From Candidatus Bathyarchaeota archaeon (GTDB lineage Archaea > Thermoproteota > Bathyarchaeia > Bathyarchaeales > Bathycorpusculaceae), in the NCBI GenBank assembly GCA_963702095.1, contig OY969706.1, forward strand, positions 800,001-864,000: a stretch of DNA of 64,000 bases, in the 5' to 3' direction. The translations under genes were made by a program, and so were the position numbers. Under the pieces are notes generated by a model, which saw only the letters and a list, made by a program, of their open reading frames with translations, was not told the DNA's origin and made no database searches. The stretch's first letter is position 1. Every line of letters begins with the position of its first letter. This document shows positions 46,835-57,844 of the stretch, one piece after another.

Positions 46835-48741
46835 CTATTTGAGACGTTCCCGCAAGAGTTTGCCAACAAGCTCAGGGTTTGCTTTTCCACGGACTTCTTT
46901 CATGGCGGCGCCCATCAGCATGCCAAACGCGTTCTTGCCCAACTTTTCGATTTGGGCTTTGTTGGCGGCGACGATGCGGTCGATGATTGGGCCAATTCTC
47001 CTTCTGTGAACATTTTCAGCCCCAAAGCAGCGGTTGCGTCCTGCAATGTTTTGTCTTCGTTTTGGGCTAGCCAGCTAAACACATCTGCGATGGCTTCTTT
47101 GGCAAGTTCGCCGGAGCCGACGGCTTTGAAGATGACGCTGATTTGTTCGTCTGAGACATGTTCGGTGTGGATGCCCTCCCTTTGCAGCGCCTTTACGGTT
47201 TCGGTAAGGAAAGCTGCGATTGTAGAGGCTGGAACACCGCTGGTTTTGGCTGTTTCCTCAAAGAGGGTGATGTATTCGGAGTCGATGAGTTGTTTGGCGA
47301 GTTTTTCGTTGAGGCTGTACTGTTTGGTGAGGCGGGCGAGTTTTTTGTCAGCTGGCTCAGGCAGATGCGAGCGCACATCCGTCACTAATTCGGCTGTGAT
47401 TGGTTGCGGGGGGATGTCGGTTTCAGGGTACATGCGTGCGGCGCCTGGGCGGGGTCGCATGTAACGGGTTGTGCCGTCGTCTTTGGCTGTTCTGGTCTCC
47501 TGCGGAATACAGGCGAGGGCTTCTCTGCAGCGTTCAACGACTGCTTTGAGGGCGTCATGGGTGTTTTCGGCTGTGTCGGCTACGAACACCACGGCGTCGC
47601 CTTCAGAGGCGCTAACTGCTTTTCTAAGTTCTGTGACTTCTTCGGGTGTGATGCCATAGTTGGCGAGCACCTCGTCGGTGTGGAATATGCCGCCGACTCT
47701 GCCCCAGAATTTAGCGTAATCAGATAATTCGCTGCCTAAGCGGAAGTTTGGCATTAATTCGCGCCCGGTTAAACCGTTGAATCCAGGTAGTTTTACGGCG
47801 AGGACTTTTTGGTTCTTGTCTACTGCTTTGCGGATGACTTTGCTTTTGGTGGCTTGGAAGAGTCCAGTGACGTCGATAAACTCTGCCTTTAACAAGGTTG
47901 ATGTTATGCCCCTTTTAGCGAGTTCTCCTTTGATGGCGATTAAGTTTAGTTGGCGCTGGACCTCATAATCGACGACGGTCGAGATTAATTCGAGTTCCTG
48001 AACACCTTTAATCTCAATTAAAGCCCCGTTTGGCAGTGAAACGTTTAGGTCCTGACGAATCGTGCCCAAGCCACGCATGACTTTGCCTGTGTCTCGCAGT
48101 ATTCTGCCGATGGCAAACGCGACTTCCTGCGCTTCCTGCGGCGAATAGATGACGGGTGCCGTTGCAACTTCGATAAGTGGGATGCCTAATCGGTCGATGC
48201 GGTAACGGATGGTTTTGCCCTCGTCCATAGTGCCTGTTTTGCGGGCGGCGTCTTCTTCGAGGCTGGAGGCTTGCATGGGGATGACTTTGTCGCCGACTTT
48301 TATCCAGCCGTCCAACGCGATGATGGCGGTGCGCTGGAAACCCGTGGTGTTGCTGCCGTCGATGACGGTTTTGCGCATGACGTGGACTTCGTCGACGGGC
48401 TGCATATTCATCATAAGCGAAGCCATCAACACGACTTCCACCGCGTCTATGTTTATGGGGTGCGGGGGCTCCTCATCCATTTCGACCAGGCAACTGCTTT
48501 TGCGATTGGCTTCATAGAGGATTTTAACGCCCTTCTGGAACTCAAAGTAGGCTGCAGGGTCAACTTGCCCCAGTTCACTCTGGGTGGGGCGCAATCGGCG
48601 CAAAAATGTGATTTCGGGGTCTTCCTTGAAGAGGAGGGGTGGGCAACTGCAGAACAGTTTGCTGTTGACGTTTAGTTGCTGGTGGATTTCTAAGCCGACT
48701 TTTAAACCGACTTTCGCGTAGTCAATGGTTGTTTTGGACAT
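46835..48741 (-). CDS. gatE: Glu-tRNA(Gln) amidotransferase subunit E; one-base frameshift near 46988
   Basis: GLEIHQQL, KLFC, DEEPPH, MRK.VIDGSN..GFQRT, RGLGTIRQD, RPGAARMYPETD; shifted frame resumes IIDRIV...LMG.AMKEVRGKA to a TAG at 46835. Confidence 0.95.
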
Positions 48742-50093
48742 TATTGTTGACCTCCTTCATAGTGCAGCGTGCCTTCCTGTGGCAACGTGCGCGACGAGTA
48801 TTCGCCTGCAATGTTGGTTTTAAGCAGTTTTATGGCTTCTTGCGGGTCATCGGTTTGCCCCAGAGCCCACATGAGCTTCACTAAGCCTGTTTCGGGGAAC
48901 AAGTCCTCCAAGGGCACGACGCCAAAACTCTGCAAGTCGCGCCCAGTATCGTAAACGTTCATGTCTACGCGTCCCCAGATGCACTGCGAAGCCAACGCAA
49001 CCACCACGCCCTTGGCGGTTGCATGTTTGATTGCTTCGAAGCAGAATTTGCTCACATGACCCAAGCCTGAGCCTTCGAGTAAGATGCCTTTGAAGCCTTT
49101 TTCGACATAAAAGTCGATTACCGAGGGGTCAAGTCCAGGGTAGAATTTGACCAATGCCACTTTGTCGCTGAAGTCTGGTTTGAGGATCAGTTTGCGTTTG
49201 GGGTCACGTTTCTGGTAGGTGTCACCGGTCATGGTGACTTTGAGGTCTTGGATTCTGGCGATGGGGAAGCCGTTGACGGATTTGAAAGTGTCCCTTCTGC
49301 TGGTGTGGCACTTGCGTACTTTGACGCCTCGGTGTACAACGATTGAGGTGTCCGAGACGGTTTCATGCATCGCTAACCCAACCTCTGCGAACGGACCCTC
49401 ACCCGCGGCTTTGACTGCGCCTATGAGGTTGGTTGCGGCGTCGCTGCTGGGTCGGTCAGAAGACCGTTGGGCGCCAACTAAGATAACTGGGACTGGGAGG
49501 TTCTGCAACGCGAAGCTCAGTGCCGCTGAAGTGTAAGCCATGGTGTCTGTGCCATGGGCGATTACAACTCCGTCCACTCCCTCCTTAATGCGTTGGGCAA
49601 TTTTTTTAGCGAGTTCCGTCCAGTCCTGCTGCCGAAGGTTCTCGCTGTAAATGCTAAACACAATTTCGGTGTCCACACGGGCTAAATCAGCAAGTTCAGG
49701 GACGACGCCGTAGAGGTCGCTTGCGGACATGGCTGAGCGGACGGCGCCTGTTCGGTAGTCCACGCGGCTGGCGATGGTGCCGCCTGTACTCATGATGACC
49801 ACGTGTGGAAGTGCAGGGTTCTGTTTGGGCAGCGGCGGCGCCTCGAATTTGGGCGGGGACCCTTTACCGATTTTCTCCACTTGCACGTCCGCTGCGGCGT
49901 CTATGCCGATGTTGTAGCCGCTTTTCATTTTGATGATGATGGCGGAGCCTTCGCCGAAACGTGGGATCAAGATGCCCTCGTAGGTTTTGCTTTTGCTGGT
50001 GATTTTTAGGATGTCGCCGATGTTGCAGTCGGCTGCTTTGAGGAGGCGCAGTGCCATGCCCCGGTAACCTGAATCGTCAGCTTTGTCGCTCAT
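48741..50093 (-). CDS. gatD: Glu-tRNA(Gln) amidotransferase subunit D
   Basis: K.KSGYNIG, TGGTIAS.VDY.TG, HGTDT, GAQRSSDRPSSD, K.HTSRRD. Confidence 0.97.
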   Translation of the reverse strand: MSDKADDSGYRGMALRLLKAADCNIGDILKITSKSKTYEGILIPRFGEGSAIIIKMKSGYNIGIDAAADVQVEKIGKGSPPKFEAPPLPKQNPALPHVVIMSTGGTIASRVDYRTGAVRSAMSASDLYGVVPELADLARVDTEIVFSIYSENLRQQDWTELAKKIAQRIKEGVDGVVIAHGTDTMAYTSAALSFALQNLPVPVILVGAQRSSDRPSSDAATNLIGAVKAAGEGPFAEVGLAMHETVSDTSIVVHRGVKVRKCHTSRRDTFKSVNGFPIARIQDLKVTMTGDTYQKRDPKRKLILKPDFSDKVALVKFYPGLDPSVIDFYVEKGFKGILLEGSGLGHVSKFCFEAIKHATAKGVVVALASQCIWGRVDMNVYDTGRDLQSFGVVPLEDLFPETGLVKLMWALGQTDDPQEAIKLLKTNIAGEYSSRTLPQEGTLHYEGGQQ

Positions 50094-50179
50094 CTAAAAG
50101 CCTCTGTTTCTGTGGAAAGATATGGGTCTTAGTCTTTAACCTTATCGTGAACAAACGTTAACTAAGTATCTTAGGTCAA

Positions 50180-50314
50180 ATTTTTATTTGATGTTGTTGC
50201 TGAGAAGCCCCTATACACAACAACAACCTGTGGCGTTTGTGGTGCAATGCTTTTTGGGGGCAGCGTTTGGTTTAGTTTGCTGATTGGTTGTGAAGCAAAA
50301 CGCAAGCAGAACAG
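50180..50314 (+). repeat. Dispersed repeat family B, copy 5
   Basis: GTTGTTGCTGAGAAGCCCCTATACACAACAACAACC...TTGCTGATTGGTTGTG...AAGCAGAACA. Confidence 0.75.
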
Positions 50315-50369
50315 ATTTTTGATCTACTGGTAAAACCAAATAAGAGAATACCCCGTTGTAAATAGTTCG

Positions 50370-51752
50370 ATGCACATGAAGACTGCTATGGGGTTAGTTG
50401 TACTGTTGGTCGCTTTGCTGCTGGCTGCTCCATTCTTTGCCTCAGCGGCTCAATCCACACAGTTGGATTGGAGCAGAACTTACCCCCGAGCGTCCGAAAC
50501 AACAAGCGACAACATACCAATCACCCACACTGACGGAGGAGCAGCCTTTACCCAAACAGGCGACGGCGGATACCTAATCGTTGCAAGCCTCAGAGACTAC
50601 TTTTACCGTGGGGAACATACAGGCGGCGACGAATCATACAAAGGGAGTATGATAAAAACTAACTCATCTGGAGCGGTGGAGTGGCAAAGGGAGGTATCGC
50701 CCTCGATTTCGCTGAATGCACAGGAAGTTTATTGGGTTGCGGATACGGGTTATGTGGTTGTTGCCGGCTACTACATTTACCTATTTAATGAGCGAGGGCA
50801 ACTGGAGTCGAACGTAACGTTCGGCTGCCAAATCTTCGGAGTTCAGCAAACAAGCGACGGCTATGTGTTTGTCTGTAAAAGCCAAGATTTCAGCTTCATA
50901 GGAACCGACAGGGAATTCAATGTCCAATGGAACAAGTCACTCAGTTTTGTCCCACACGATGGCGACATGGCACTTGCAGAGGCCAGTGGCAGCGGTTACA
51001 TCTTAGTTGGTTACACATACAACTTCCCCACCACAGCTGGCGTCAACTCACCCAACATTTGGATTATCAAAACCGATGCAAACGGTGATATACGGTTCAC
51101 TAAAAGCTACAATTTCTACGACCAATTAGGCATAAAACAGACAAACCCCATCCTACTCGACAATGCATTTGTCGTTTCCACAGGCGACGGGTATTTCCTC
51201 GCTGGAACAGCCGAGTTCAGGGACAGCAACTTTAACTCGCCCTTCTTGGTCAAGTTGGCTTCGGACTGCAACTGGTTGTGGAGCCGAACCTACGCTTCGA
51301 GCCCCCGCGACAACAGCTTCGTCTATACAGCCGTCAAAACGCCCGACGATGGATTATTCATTGTTGGGTCTTATGCTTCTCAGCCCATCGGATGGCACTC
51401 TAACACCTACGACGTGTCACTGCTGTTCAAGATTAACGCCTTAGGCGACGTTACACTGAACCAAACGTTTAGCAGCGTGGAGGACTATCATCCAGGTGCT
51501 GCATCTGATGTGCTCGTTATGGGCGATGGGGCTTACGCAGTTTTGGGTTCACTAGACAATTCAATTTGGCTTGCCAAGTTTACACCAGACACCGCAAAAG
51601 CCTCGGGTTCTCCAGAGATAAACCCTTCTCAGTCGTCAATAATCTGGTCTGCAGCAGCCATTGTTGCGGCTGTAGTTGCCGCTGTTGTGGTAGCCCTGTT
51701 TTACGTCAAGAAACACAAGAAGACACCGAATCAACCATACAGCAGAGTTTGA
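50370..51752 (+). CDS. Secreted beta-propeller-like protein with C-terminal TM anchor
   Basis: Repeated QT.DGGY and KTD.NG...W...Y units; TM + KKHKK. Confidence 0.8.
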   Translation: MHMKTAMGLVVLLVALLLAAPFFASAAQSTQLDWSRTYPRASETTSDNIPITHTDGGAAFTQTGDGGYLIVASLRDYFYRGEHTGGDESYKGSMIKTNSSGAVEWQREVSPSISLNAQEVYWVADTGYVVVAGYYIYLFNERGQLESNVTFGCQIFGVQQTSDGYVFVCKSQDFSFIGTDREFNVQWNKSLSFVPHDGDMALAEASGSGYILVGYTYNFPTTAGVNSPNIWIIKTDANGDIRFTKSYNFYDQLGIKQTNPILLDNAFVVSTGDGYFLAGTAEFRDSNFNSPFLVKLASDCNWLWSRTYASSPRDNSFVYTAVKTPDDGLFIVGSYASQPIGWHSNTYDVSLLFKINALGDVTLNQTFSSVEDYHPGAASDVLVMGDGAYAVLGSLDNSIWLAKFTPDTAKASGSPEINPSQSSIIWSAAAIVAAVVAAVVVALFYVKKHKKTPNQPYSRV

Positions 51753-53343
51753 TTACTGCAGGTTCTTCGAAACGTAAACGCCGTCCCGTAGGTAACCCAA
51801 ACGCATATAGTACCGCCTCGTCCCCAACGCGCTAATAACCAAAAGTTTTTTGACGCCAAACTCCTTCCACGCAATCCGTTCGGCTTCCGCCAGCAACTCT
51901 TTGCCGTAGCCGCGGTGCTGCCAAGCGCCGTCACTTCGTTTGCCCACTGGCACAAGAGGACCGTAAACATGGAGTTCGCGGACGATGGCGGATGGGACCT
52001 CGGTGATTTCTTGTCGGTGAGCTTTTGCTGAGGGAATGCGGAGTCGCAGGTAGCCCAGAAGCACGTTGTTTTGGGGGTCTTCGGCTGAGATGAAGAGTTC
52101 GGTGCCGCCGGATGCTTCATAGCGGGTGGTTAGGACCTTGACTTTTTCGAGGTCAGGTTTAACACCGTCAACCTGCAGACGGTGGCCTACTTCACGGCAA
52201 CGGATACATTGGCAATGCAGACCGCTCTCCGCCAACTTCTGCTGGGCAAGCTCACGCAGGTTGCTCTTTTTTACTCCCGCCAAAATCAGCTGCGCTGGAA
52301 TGTCCCGTTGTACACGCATTACACGGATCCATTTTGGGATGAACTGCTTGATTTGGGCGATAACTTCAGCCGCCTCCTCCGTAGTGTACGGTGTGTAGGT
52401 ACCCTGCTGGTACCATTGATAGGCTTTGGTGCCTGCGATGGCAAGGCACGGATAAATCTTAATCATATCAGGCATAAACGCTGGGTCGGTGAAGATGCGC
52501 CTGAAGGCTTCAACGTCTTTTTCTGGGTTGCTCCCAGGCATGCCAGGCATCATGTGGTAAACAATTTTTAGCCCCGCATCCTTGGCAACCTGCGTCGCCT
52601 CAGCCACATCTGCAACAGTGTGTGTTCTACCGACAAGCTGATAGATTGCATCGTCGGGGTTCTGCACGCCCAACTCGATGCGGGTTACGCCCATGGAGAG
52701 CATGGCGTCGATGTGAGGTTGCTTAGCCCAGTCGGGACGGGTTTCCACGGTTATGCCTACGTTGCGGGTTGCGCTGACTTCAGCATTTACCTTTGCCTCT
52801 TCAAGGCTACCCGAAGTTTTGCCTGTGATGGCGTCGAGGCAACGCTGAATAAACCACGTCTGGTACTCCGTTGGGGTGGCTGGGAAGGTGCCGCCCATGA
52901 CGATTAGCTCGATTTTATCGACTTTGTGCCCGATTTGGGTCAACTGCTCGATGCGGCTTATGACCTGACTGTAGGGGTCAAAATTGTTTTGTGCACCACG
53001 CATGGCGGCTGGCTCGTGTCCTGTGTAGCTCTGCGGCGACCCAGTTGAGGGGCCTTCCGGGGCAGTATGCGCAGGGTTCTGGCTGCGGGCAGAGGTAGGG
53101 TTTGGTCATGGTGGCAACGACTGTGACGCCGCTGATGGTGCGTGTGGTTTTGCGTTTGAGAAGCGGAAGAAGCACCTTGGATTCTTCTGGGGTTAGTTGG
53201 GCAATGATGTCTGCGCTGGAGGGGACTTTGGGCAGGTGGTATTTGCCTGCAGTCTTGATTTTGAGTTTGTTTACATCGTTACGTGTAGGTGATTGTGTAG
53301 AGAGAAGGGTTTCGATGATTTCACGAAGCGCAGTATCTGTCAA
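51753..53343 (-). CDS. elp3: Elp3 radical SAM/GNAT tRNA U34 carboxymethyltransferase; split by a +1 frameshift near 53055
   Basis: RT.SGV, CP...C.YCPG, GGTF, ETRPD, ELGVQ, RVQRDIP, CIRCREV, RELHVYG, QH.GYG. Confidence 0.95.
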
Positions 53344-53427
53344 GAGTGAAAGCCGAATTAGAGTTTAATTTACAAATAGATAAAGTACACTAGCTAAAAA
53401 ACGCTGAATAAAAGAAAATAATTCCAC

Positions 53428-53592
53428 TTATTGCATCCAGTTTTGCCCGGCTTTCCGTTGCAGAATCGTACGTTTTTCGTAGTTGCGTCTGTTCCGGTTT
53501 TTGGGGCTTGGAGCTGTCCTTTCTTGAGCTGTGACTTTTGGGGTTTGAGACCTTACTTTTCCAGCTTTTGAGAGTGAACCGTGAGTTGGCAT
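53428..53592 (-). CDS. rps30e: 30S ribosomal protein S30e (not in the ORF track)
   Basis: MPTHGSLSKAGKVRSQTPKV...RNRRNYEKR. Confidence 0.95.
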   Translation of the reverse strand: MPTHGSLSKAGKVRSQTPKVTAQERTAPSPKNRNRRNYEKRTILQRKAGQNWMQ

Positions 53593-54089
53593 ATTTTACA
53601 CCTTTTGCACAATAAGCAGAAACGGTACACTTAAACCTTTACCCATCAAAAGAGAAGACAGCCGCGCCAAAAAAAGTGGAATGTTGACGGCTAAACGCCG
53701 TATGTTTCCACCCTTGAAATTTTGTATAGGCCAGGTCTAAGCCTTACTGTTGACGCAGCCCACCAAACTATGTCTTGGCCGCAACAGATTCTTTGTGCTG
53801 CTTGGAATCTGCTGCTCATAGCAGGATGCTTCAACACTTAGCAATGTTCAGCCCAAAAAGGCAATGTTTTGGTCGCGTGCCAATCTTTCGCTGTTTGAAT
53901 CAGCACGCATCAATGCCTTAATGCACTGCTTCTAAAGCATGCTCCCTGACCTACACAAACGTTAGAGCCTGACTAAGTAATAAGTTTTGCGACAAATCTA
54001 CACCAAAAAATAGCAATTATGTATAATATGATACATTTAAGACTTCAAACACAATTTCGCCGTCACCACTTACAGAAGACATTGACCGT

Positions 54090-54266
54090 TTACTGAGTTA
54101 CAATCAAATGTTGGCGACGCAAGTCTTCCCGCTGCTTCTGTTCCCCTCGAACGCGTCGATCACGCTTATCAACCTCAGCGTTAAACCGCAAATCCTCATC
54201 CAAATGCCAACTAGCACGACGTTCCCGACGATGTATCTCTTTCGCGTCATAACGATTTTCAGCCAT
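54090..54266 (-). CDS. 58-aa highly charged microprotein (not in the ORF track)
   Basis: MAENRYDAKEIHRRERRASWHLDEDLRFNAEVDKRDRRVRGEQKQREDLRRQHLIVTQ; G-rich leader. Confidence 0.5.
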   Translation of the reverse strand: MAENRYDAKEIHRRERRASWHLDEDLRFNAEVDKRDRRVRGEQKQREDLRRQHLIVTQ

Positions 54267-54395
54267 CCTCCAAACGCCCCTAAAGAAAAAGTCGCAAACA
54301 GAAATTTATCACTTTTTAGAACCACTTTCTGCTCAGTCAACCTTCTGCTTTTTTATAAAGTATAAGCGTTCATACATGGAAGAGGAAGTAACCGG

Positions 54396-54686
54396 ATGGA
54401 AACCGAATATGAGGGGGTCCCCAGAAACAAGATTTCATGGCACCCCATTATAGACTATCAGAAATGCGTCAGTTGCGGCAAATGCGTCGACTTTTGCCAC
54501 TCGAATGCCTTCGGAGTCAAAGAGGAGAAGGGTAAAAAGAGAGCTATTATTAGAGACATAGATGCATGTGTGGTTTTCTGTAGAGGTTGCGAAGACATTT
54601 GCCCCGCTGGAGCCATCAGTCATCCCTCAGTAGAGAAAACTCAAGAAAGCATTGACAAGTTTAAGGTAGAGTCAAAGGCTGATTAG
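54396..54686 (+). CDS. 2x[4Fe-4S] ferredoxin-like protein
   Basis: CVSCGKCVDFC and CVVFCRGCEDICP. Confidence 0.9.
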   Translation: METEYEGVPRNKISWHPIIDYQKCVSCGKCVDFCHSNAFGVKEEKGKKRAIIRDIDACVVFCRGCEDICPAGAISHPSVEKTQESIDKFKVESKAD

Positions 54687-54865
54687 CGGAAAAAAGTTTT
54701 TTCCTTAAGTAAGAAGGAGTCAACTGGCCGCTAAAGCGCTTGAATCGAATTCAAACTTTCAACCGATCTAAAGATTAAGTATAAAAGTTGCCGCCATCAT
54801 ATTTTAATGTAGAGTGGTTTCATAGCTTATAATTTAGCGATTGATTCCGTTTTAAAGGTGGAAAA

Positions 54866-56002
54866 ATGGACTCTCAGATTTGTTCTAAATGTGTTTTAAC
54901 TAGCGCTTTTCCTAGAATAAACTTTGACAGCAAAGGCGTATGCTCCGTCTGCCATGCATACGATAAATGGTGGGGAAACTGGAACGCCGAGAAACAGAAA
55001 AAAAGCCTCATCCTACAGAAAATCTGCAAAACAGCCAAAAACAAGCACCGAGAGTTCGACGCCTTGGTTCCCCTATCCGGCGGCAAAGACAGCACTTACG
55101 TCTTGTATGTTGCACAGAAGAAGCTGGGGCTGAAATGTTTAGCTTACACATTAGACATAGGTTACCTCTCAGACCACGCCAAAAGAAATGTCGAGCAGAC
55201 CTGCAGGGCGCTGGGAGTGGAACACTTGTATTATCGCTTGGACCAAGAGCTCACTAACCAGTTGTTTAACGTTTTTATGAAAAAGACTGGTTGGTTCTGC
55301 TCGGTGTGCATGCGTGCCATCCAAATGTCCACTTTCCGGATAGCTGAGATGTTTCAGGTTCCTCTGATAATAAAGGGCAGTTCAATGAGGACGGAGTTGC
55401 CGCTTGCCCGTGAAATGTTCCAAGGTGGCGACCCAGCACACGTTCAGAGGGTCCTAAAAGATGAACCTATCGCCCATGAATGCCGACGTTTACTTGATAG
55501 GGGAGCGAGCTTTCAGAGAAGAATGGGTTACATGATGTTTTTGATGTCTGGACAGAAAAAGCTGCGCTCCTATGCATACTTTAACTTGGCAGACTATGCT
55601 GAATGGGATTACGACTTAATCCAAAAGACCATTCGCAGCGAATTATCTTGGACATCCCCCCAAGAAAGCGAACACATGGACTGCATCATTCACCCCATCC
55701 AAAAATACATTCACAACCGGCGATTCCCCAACCTGGAAATGCAAAGATTAACCTACGCCCGACTCGTCATGGCGGGGTTCATGAGCCGTGAAGAAGCCTT
55801 GCGTAGACTGGAACAGGAGCCAAGCTATAAGGTCCCAGAAGATACCATGAGCCTTTTTCTCAAAAACATCGGTATGAACCGTGAAGAATTCGACCGCTAT
55901 GTGGATATGGGTCCACGACACCTCCAGTACCACCCCAACCCCGGTGTAGCGTTGAGGTGGGCAAAGAAAATTTTTCCGATACCAGACGCAGGCACATACT
56001 AG
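54866..56002 (+). CDS. N-acetyl sugar amidotransferase-like PP-loop protein (WbpG-like)
   Basis: CSKC..CSVC, SGGKDS, C..C, H.DC, G.MSREEAL. Confidence 0.8.
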   Translation: MDSQICSKCVLTSAFPRINFDSKGVCSVCHAYDKWWGNWNAEKQKKSLILQKICKTAKNKHREFDALVPLSGGKDSTYVLYVAQKKLGLKCLAYTLDIGYLSDHAKRNVEQTCRALGVEHLYYRLDQELTNQLFNVFMKKTGWFCSVCMRAIQMSTFRIAEMFQVPLIIKGSSMRTELPLAREMFQGGDPAHVQRVLKDEPIAHECRRLLDRGASFQRRMGYMMFLMSGQKKLRSYAYFNLADYAEWDYDLIQKTIRSELSWTSPQESEHMDCIIHPIQKYIHNRRFPNLEMQRLTYARLVMAGFMSREEALRRLEQEPSYKVPEDTMSLFLKNIGMNREEFDRYVDMGPRHLQYHPNPGVALRWAKKIFPIPDAGTY

Positions 56003-56090
56003 TCGCGGCACTACGGTTTTCGGGTTGACTCTACAGGTGTATTTATCAGTAAGGGTTAATTTGAACATCTGCAACTATCGTAGATTACGC

Positions 56091-56175
56091 GCAGGGGTCG
56101 CCGAGCCAGGTCAAAGGCGTAGGCTTCAGGAGCCTATCCTGCAGAGGTTCGTGGGTTCGAATCCCACCCCCTGCA
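56091..56175 (+). tRNA. tRNA-Leu (CAG), long variable arm, CCA not encoded
   Basis: GCAGGGG/CCCCTGC acceptor stem, TAGGC-TTCAGGA-GCCTA anticodon arm, GTGGGTTCGAATCCCAC T arm. Confidence 0.95.
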
Positions 56176-56366
56176 CTTCAACGTGAACCCCTGTTGTGGA
56201 TTGATATGTTTCTGTTCTGTGTTCTGGTTCATAATTCTTAACCTTCTCAAACAACCGCTTTCTATGTCTGATTTCCTTTAAGATTTCTTCTAACAGGTTT
56301 ATTCAAAAAAAGGTTTTTTCCTGCTTGAAATTGTCAGTTCTCAATAAACGCTCGAAATTCAGCTCT

Positions 56367-56777
56367 TTAAAGAGGTTTGAAATCATCAAAATGAATCAAG
56401 AGTTCATTAATCATATCCACATATTTAGTAGCCATGCCTGTTTCGTTAGAAGAAACAAAACATAGATTGCCTTTGTCGCCACTATGGAAAGTGATAATTT
56501 CAGTTTGAAAACTACGCTTAATAACAAGTTGTGTTAGATCAGAATACCCTTGTGATTGAGGGTAAACTTCTAAAATATCGCTCAAGTGTATTTCTCGCTC
56601 AATCGTCTTTTTGTGGAGAAAAAGTAACCGCTTATTGGTTATGCAAAGGTTTCTATGCCTACCAATCACTCCTCCGTCAAAAATCACTTTCTCTTCAGAC
56701 TTAATATAATCCATAGCAAACCCCGATTTCCTTGTTGCCGATGAAACATTTAGATTTATACGCGTATTATTCAGCAC
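56367..56777 (-). CDS. Hypothetical protein, possible PH/GRAM-like fold
   Basis: L.ITNKRL.F...I.LSDI pattern; AT-rich island cargo. Confidence 0.5.
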   Translation of the reverse strand: MLNNTRINLNVSSATRKSGFAMDYIKSEEKVIFDGGVIGRHRNLCITNKRLLFLHKKTIEREIHLSDILEVYPQSQGYSDLTQLVIKRSFQTEIITFHSGDKGNLCFVSSNETGMATKYVDMINELLIHFDDFKPL

Positions 56778-56877
56778 AGACAGAGTGAGTTTTCGCTAAA
56801 GTAGGGGTTTTATTACTATGACAAGGTAGCAGCGCGCTAAATCGCTAAACCGATTGGAGAAATTAGCTGTCTATTAG

Positions 56878-56975
56878 ATGTGCAGTGCCGTCTGGGCAGT
56901 AGACTTTGTCCCAAACTTGGGCTTTTTTAAAGCGCTCCTTACATTGGGCTAATTGAAGTGCGCATCCTTCACAAT
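56878..56975 (+). repeat. Repeat family C, copy 1
   Basis: GTGCCGTCTGGGCA.TA.ACTTT...CCCA plus GT.CGCATCC.TC.CAAT ~70 nt later; shared with 60172-60268. Confidence 0.55.
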
Positions 56976-57109
56976 TTTTACTTAACAGACAAAACACCTC
57001 TTTTAATTTAATTAGATAAATACTGGATGGTTCAAAGAAATAAATATTGTCTTATAAAGATACATTTTCTAAAGTAAGATTTCGTCCAAATTCGTAATCC
57101 CCTCCACCA

Positions 57110-57320
57110 CTTTTGGAAAAATGTGTTTGGTATGCACCGGCACACCCACATGCCGACCATTCCAACATGGACCCATGCAGAGCATGTGGAGAAAAACACA
57201 CTTCCCACACCAAAACAGACGCCAAAAAACAATGCTTCCCCAAAAAAACAATCACTCACACAACCTTTCTTGTGGTGCCCCGTAAACTGCCACACCCACA
57301 TAAAGAGAGAGAACACAAAC
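57110..57320 (+). repeat. Dispersed repeat family A, copy 4
   Basis: Full motif set; flanked by T-arm-like sequences at 57091-57110 and 57364-57376. Confidence 0.9.
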
Positions 57321-57490
57321 TGTTAAAAAAGGGGATGAGGCGGGCGATATCTCACTGAGTTGCGGGTTCGAATCCCTTTTTGACCCTTCGTGTTAGATTA
57401 ATATGAATAAAAATAGCAAAATAAGATGAAAAAAGAGTCTTTTCGGTGGTTCGCCGAGTCTTTGTTACTTGAGCAGAAACGTTGCGTAAA

Positions 57491-57709
57491 CTATACTTCG
57501 TTGTAGAGGTTGCATTTTGGGCACTTTAACACGACATTCTTGAATTTTCCTTCGATGATAGTCTCGCCTATCTTTGCTCCGCAATTGCCACATAGATAAG
57601 TAGTGTTACCGCCCTTGTTTTTTATTACTGGCAACGTTTTAGATGCATAAACGGTTGTTCCCTTTTTTGATTCGGGTATAACATTTAATTTTCTGTCCAT
57701 TTTATCCAC
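57491..57709 (-). CDS. Small Zn-ribbon protein
   Basis: YLCGNCG...LKCPKC. Confidence 0.65.
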   Translation of the reverse strand: MDKMDRKLNVIPESKKGTTVYASKTLPVIKNKGGNTTYLCGNCGAKIGETIIEGKFKNVVLKCPKCNLYNEV

Positions 57710-57844
57710 TTACTCGGGTTTAGTTGGTTTGACTCAGATTAAAACTTTATTGCTTATCGATCCTTCAACGGGAAGGCCCCAAAACATTGAGGAAAACAAA
57801 ATGTTGACGATATAATAGGTTCGAATCCCACCCCCTGCACCTTG

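Larger units (their letters stand above)
56176..57840. mobile_element. Small degenerate island integrated at tRNA-Leu, bounded by a 23-bp direct repeat
   Basis: GGTTCGAATCCCACCCCCTGCAC at 56154-56176 and 57818-57840; AT-rich cargo; no integrase. Confidence 0.7.

Noticed and set aside
14335-53060. Split genes (beta-CASP ~14340, NosD ~17302, Ig-like ~26510, gatE ~46988, elp3 ~53055) as programmed frameshifts or pseudogenes
   Set aside because: Each is repaired by a single-base indel, mostly an extra A in a short run, and they include conserved housekeeping genes (gatE, elp3). Long-read consensus error is the simplest explanation.
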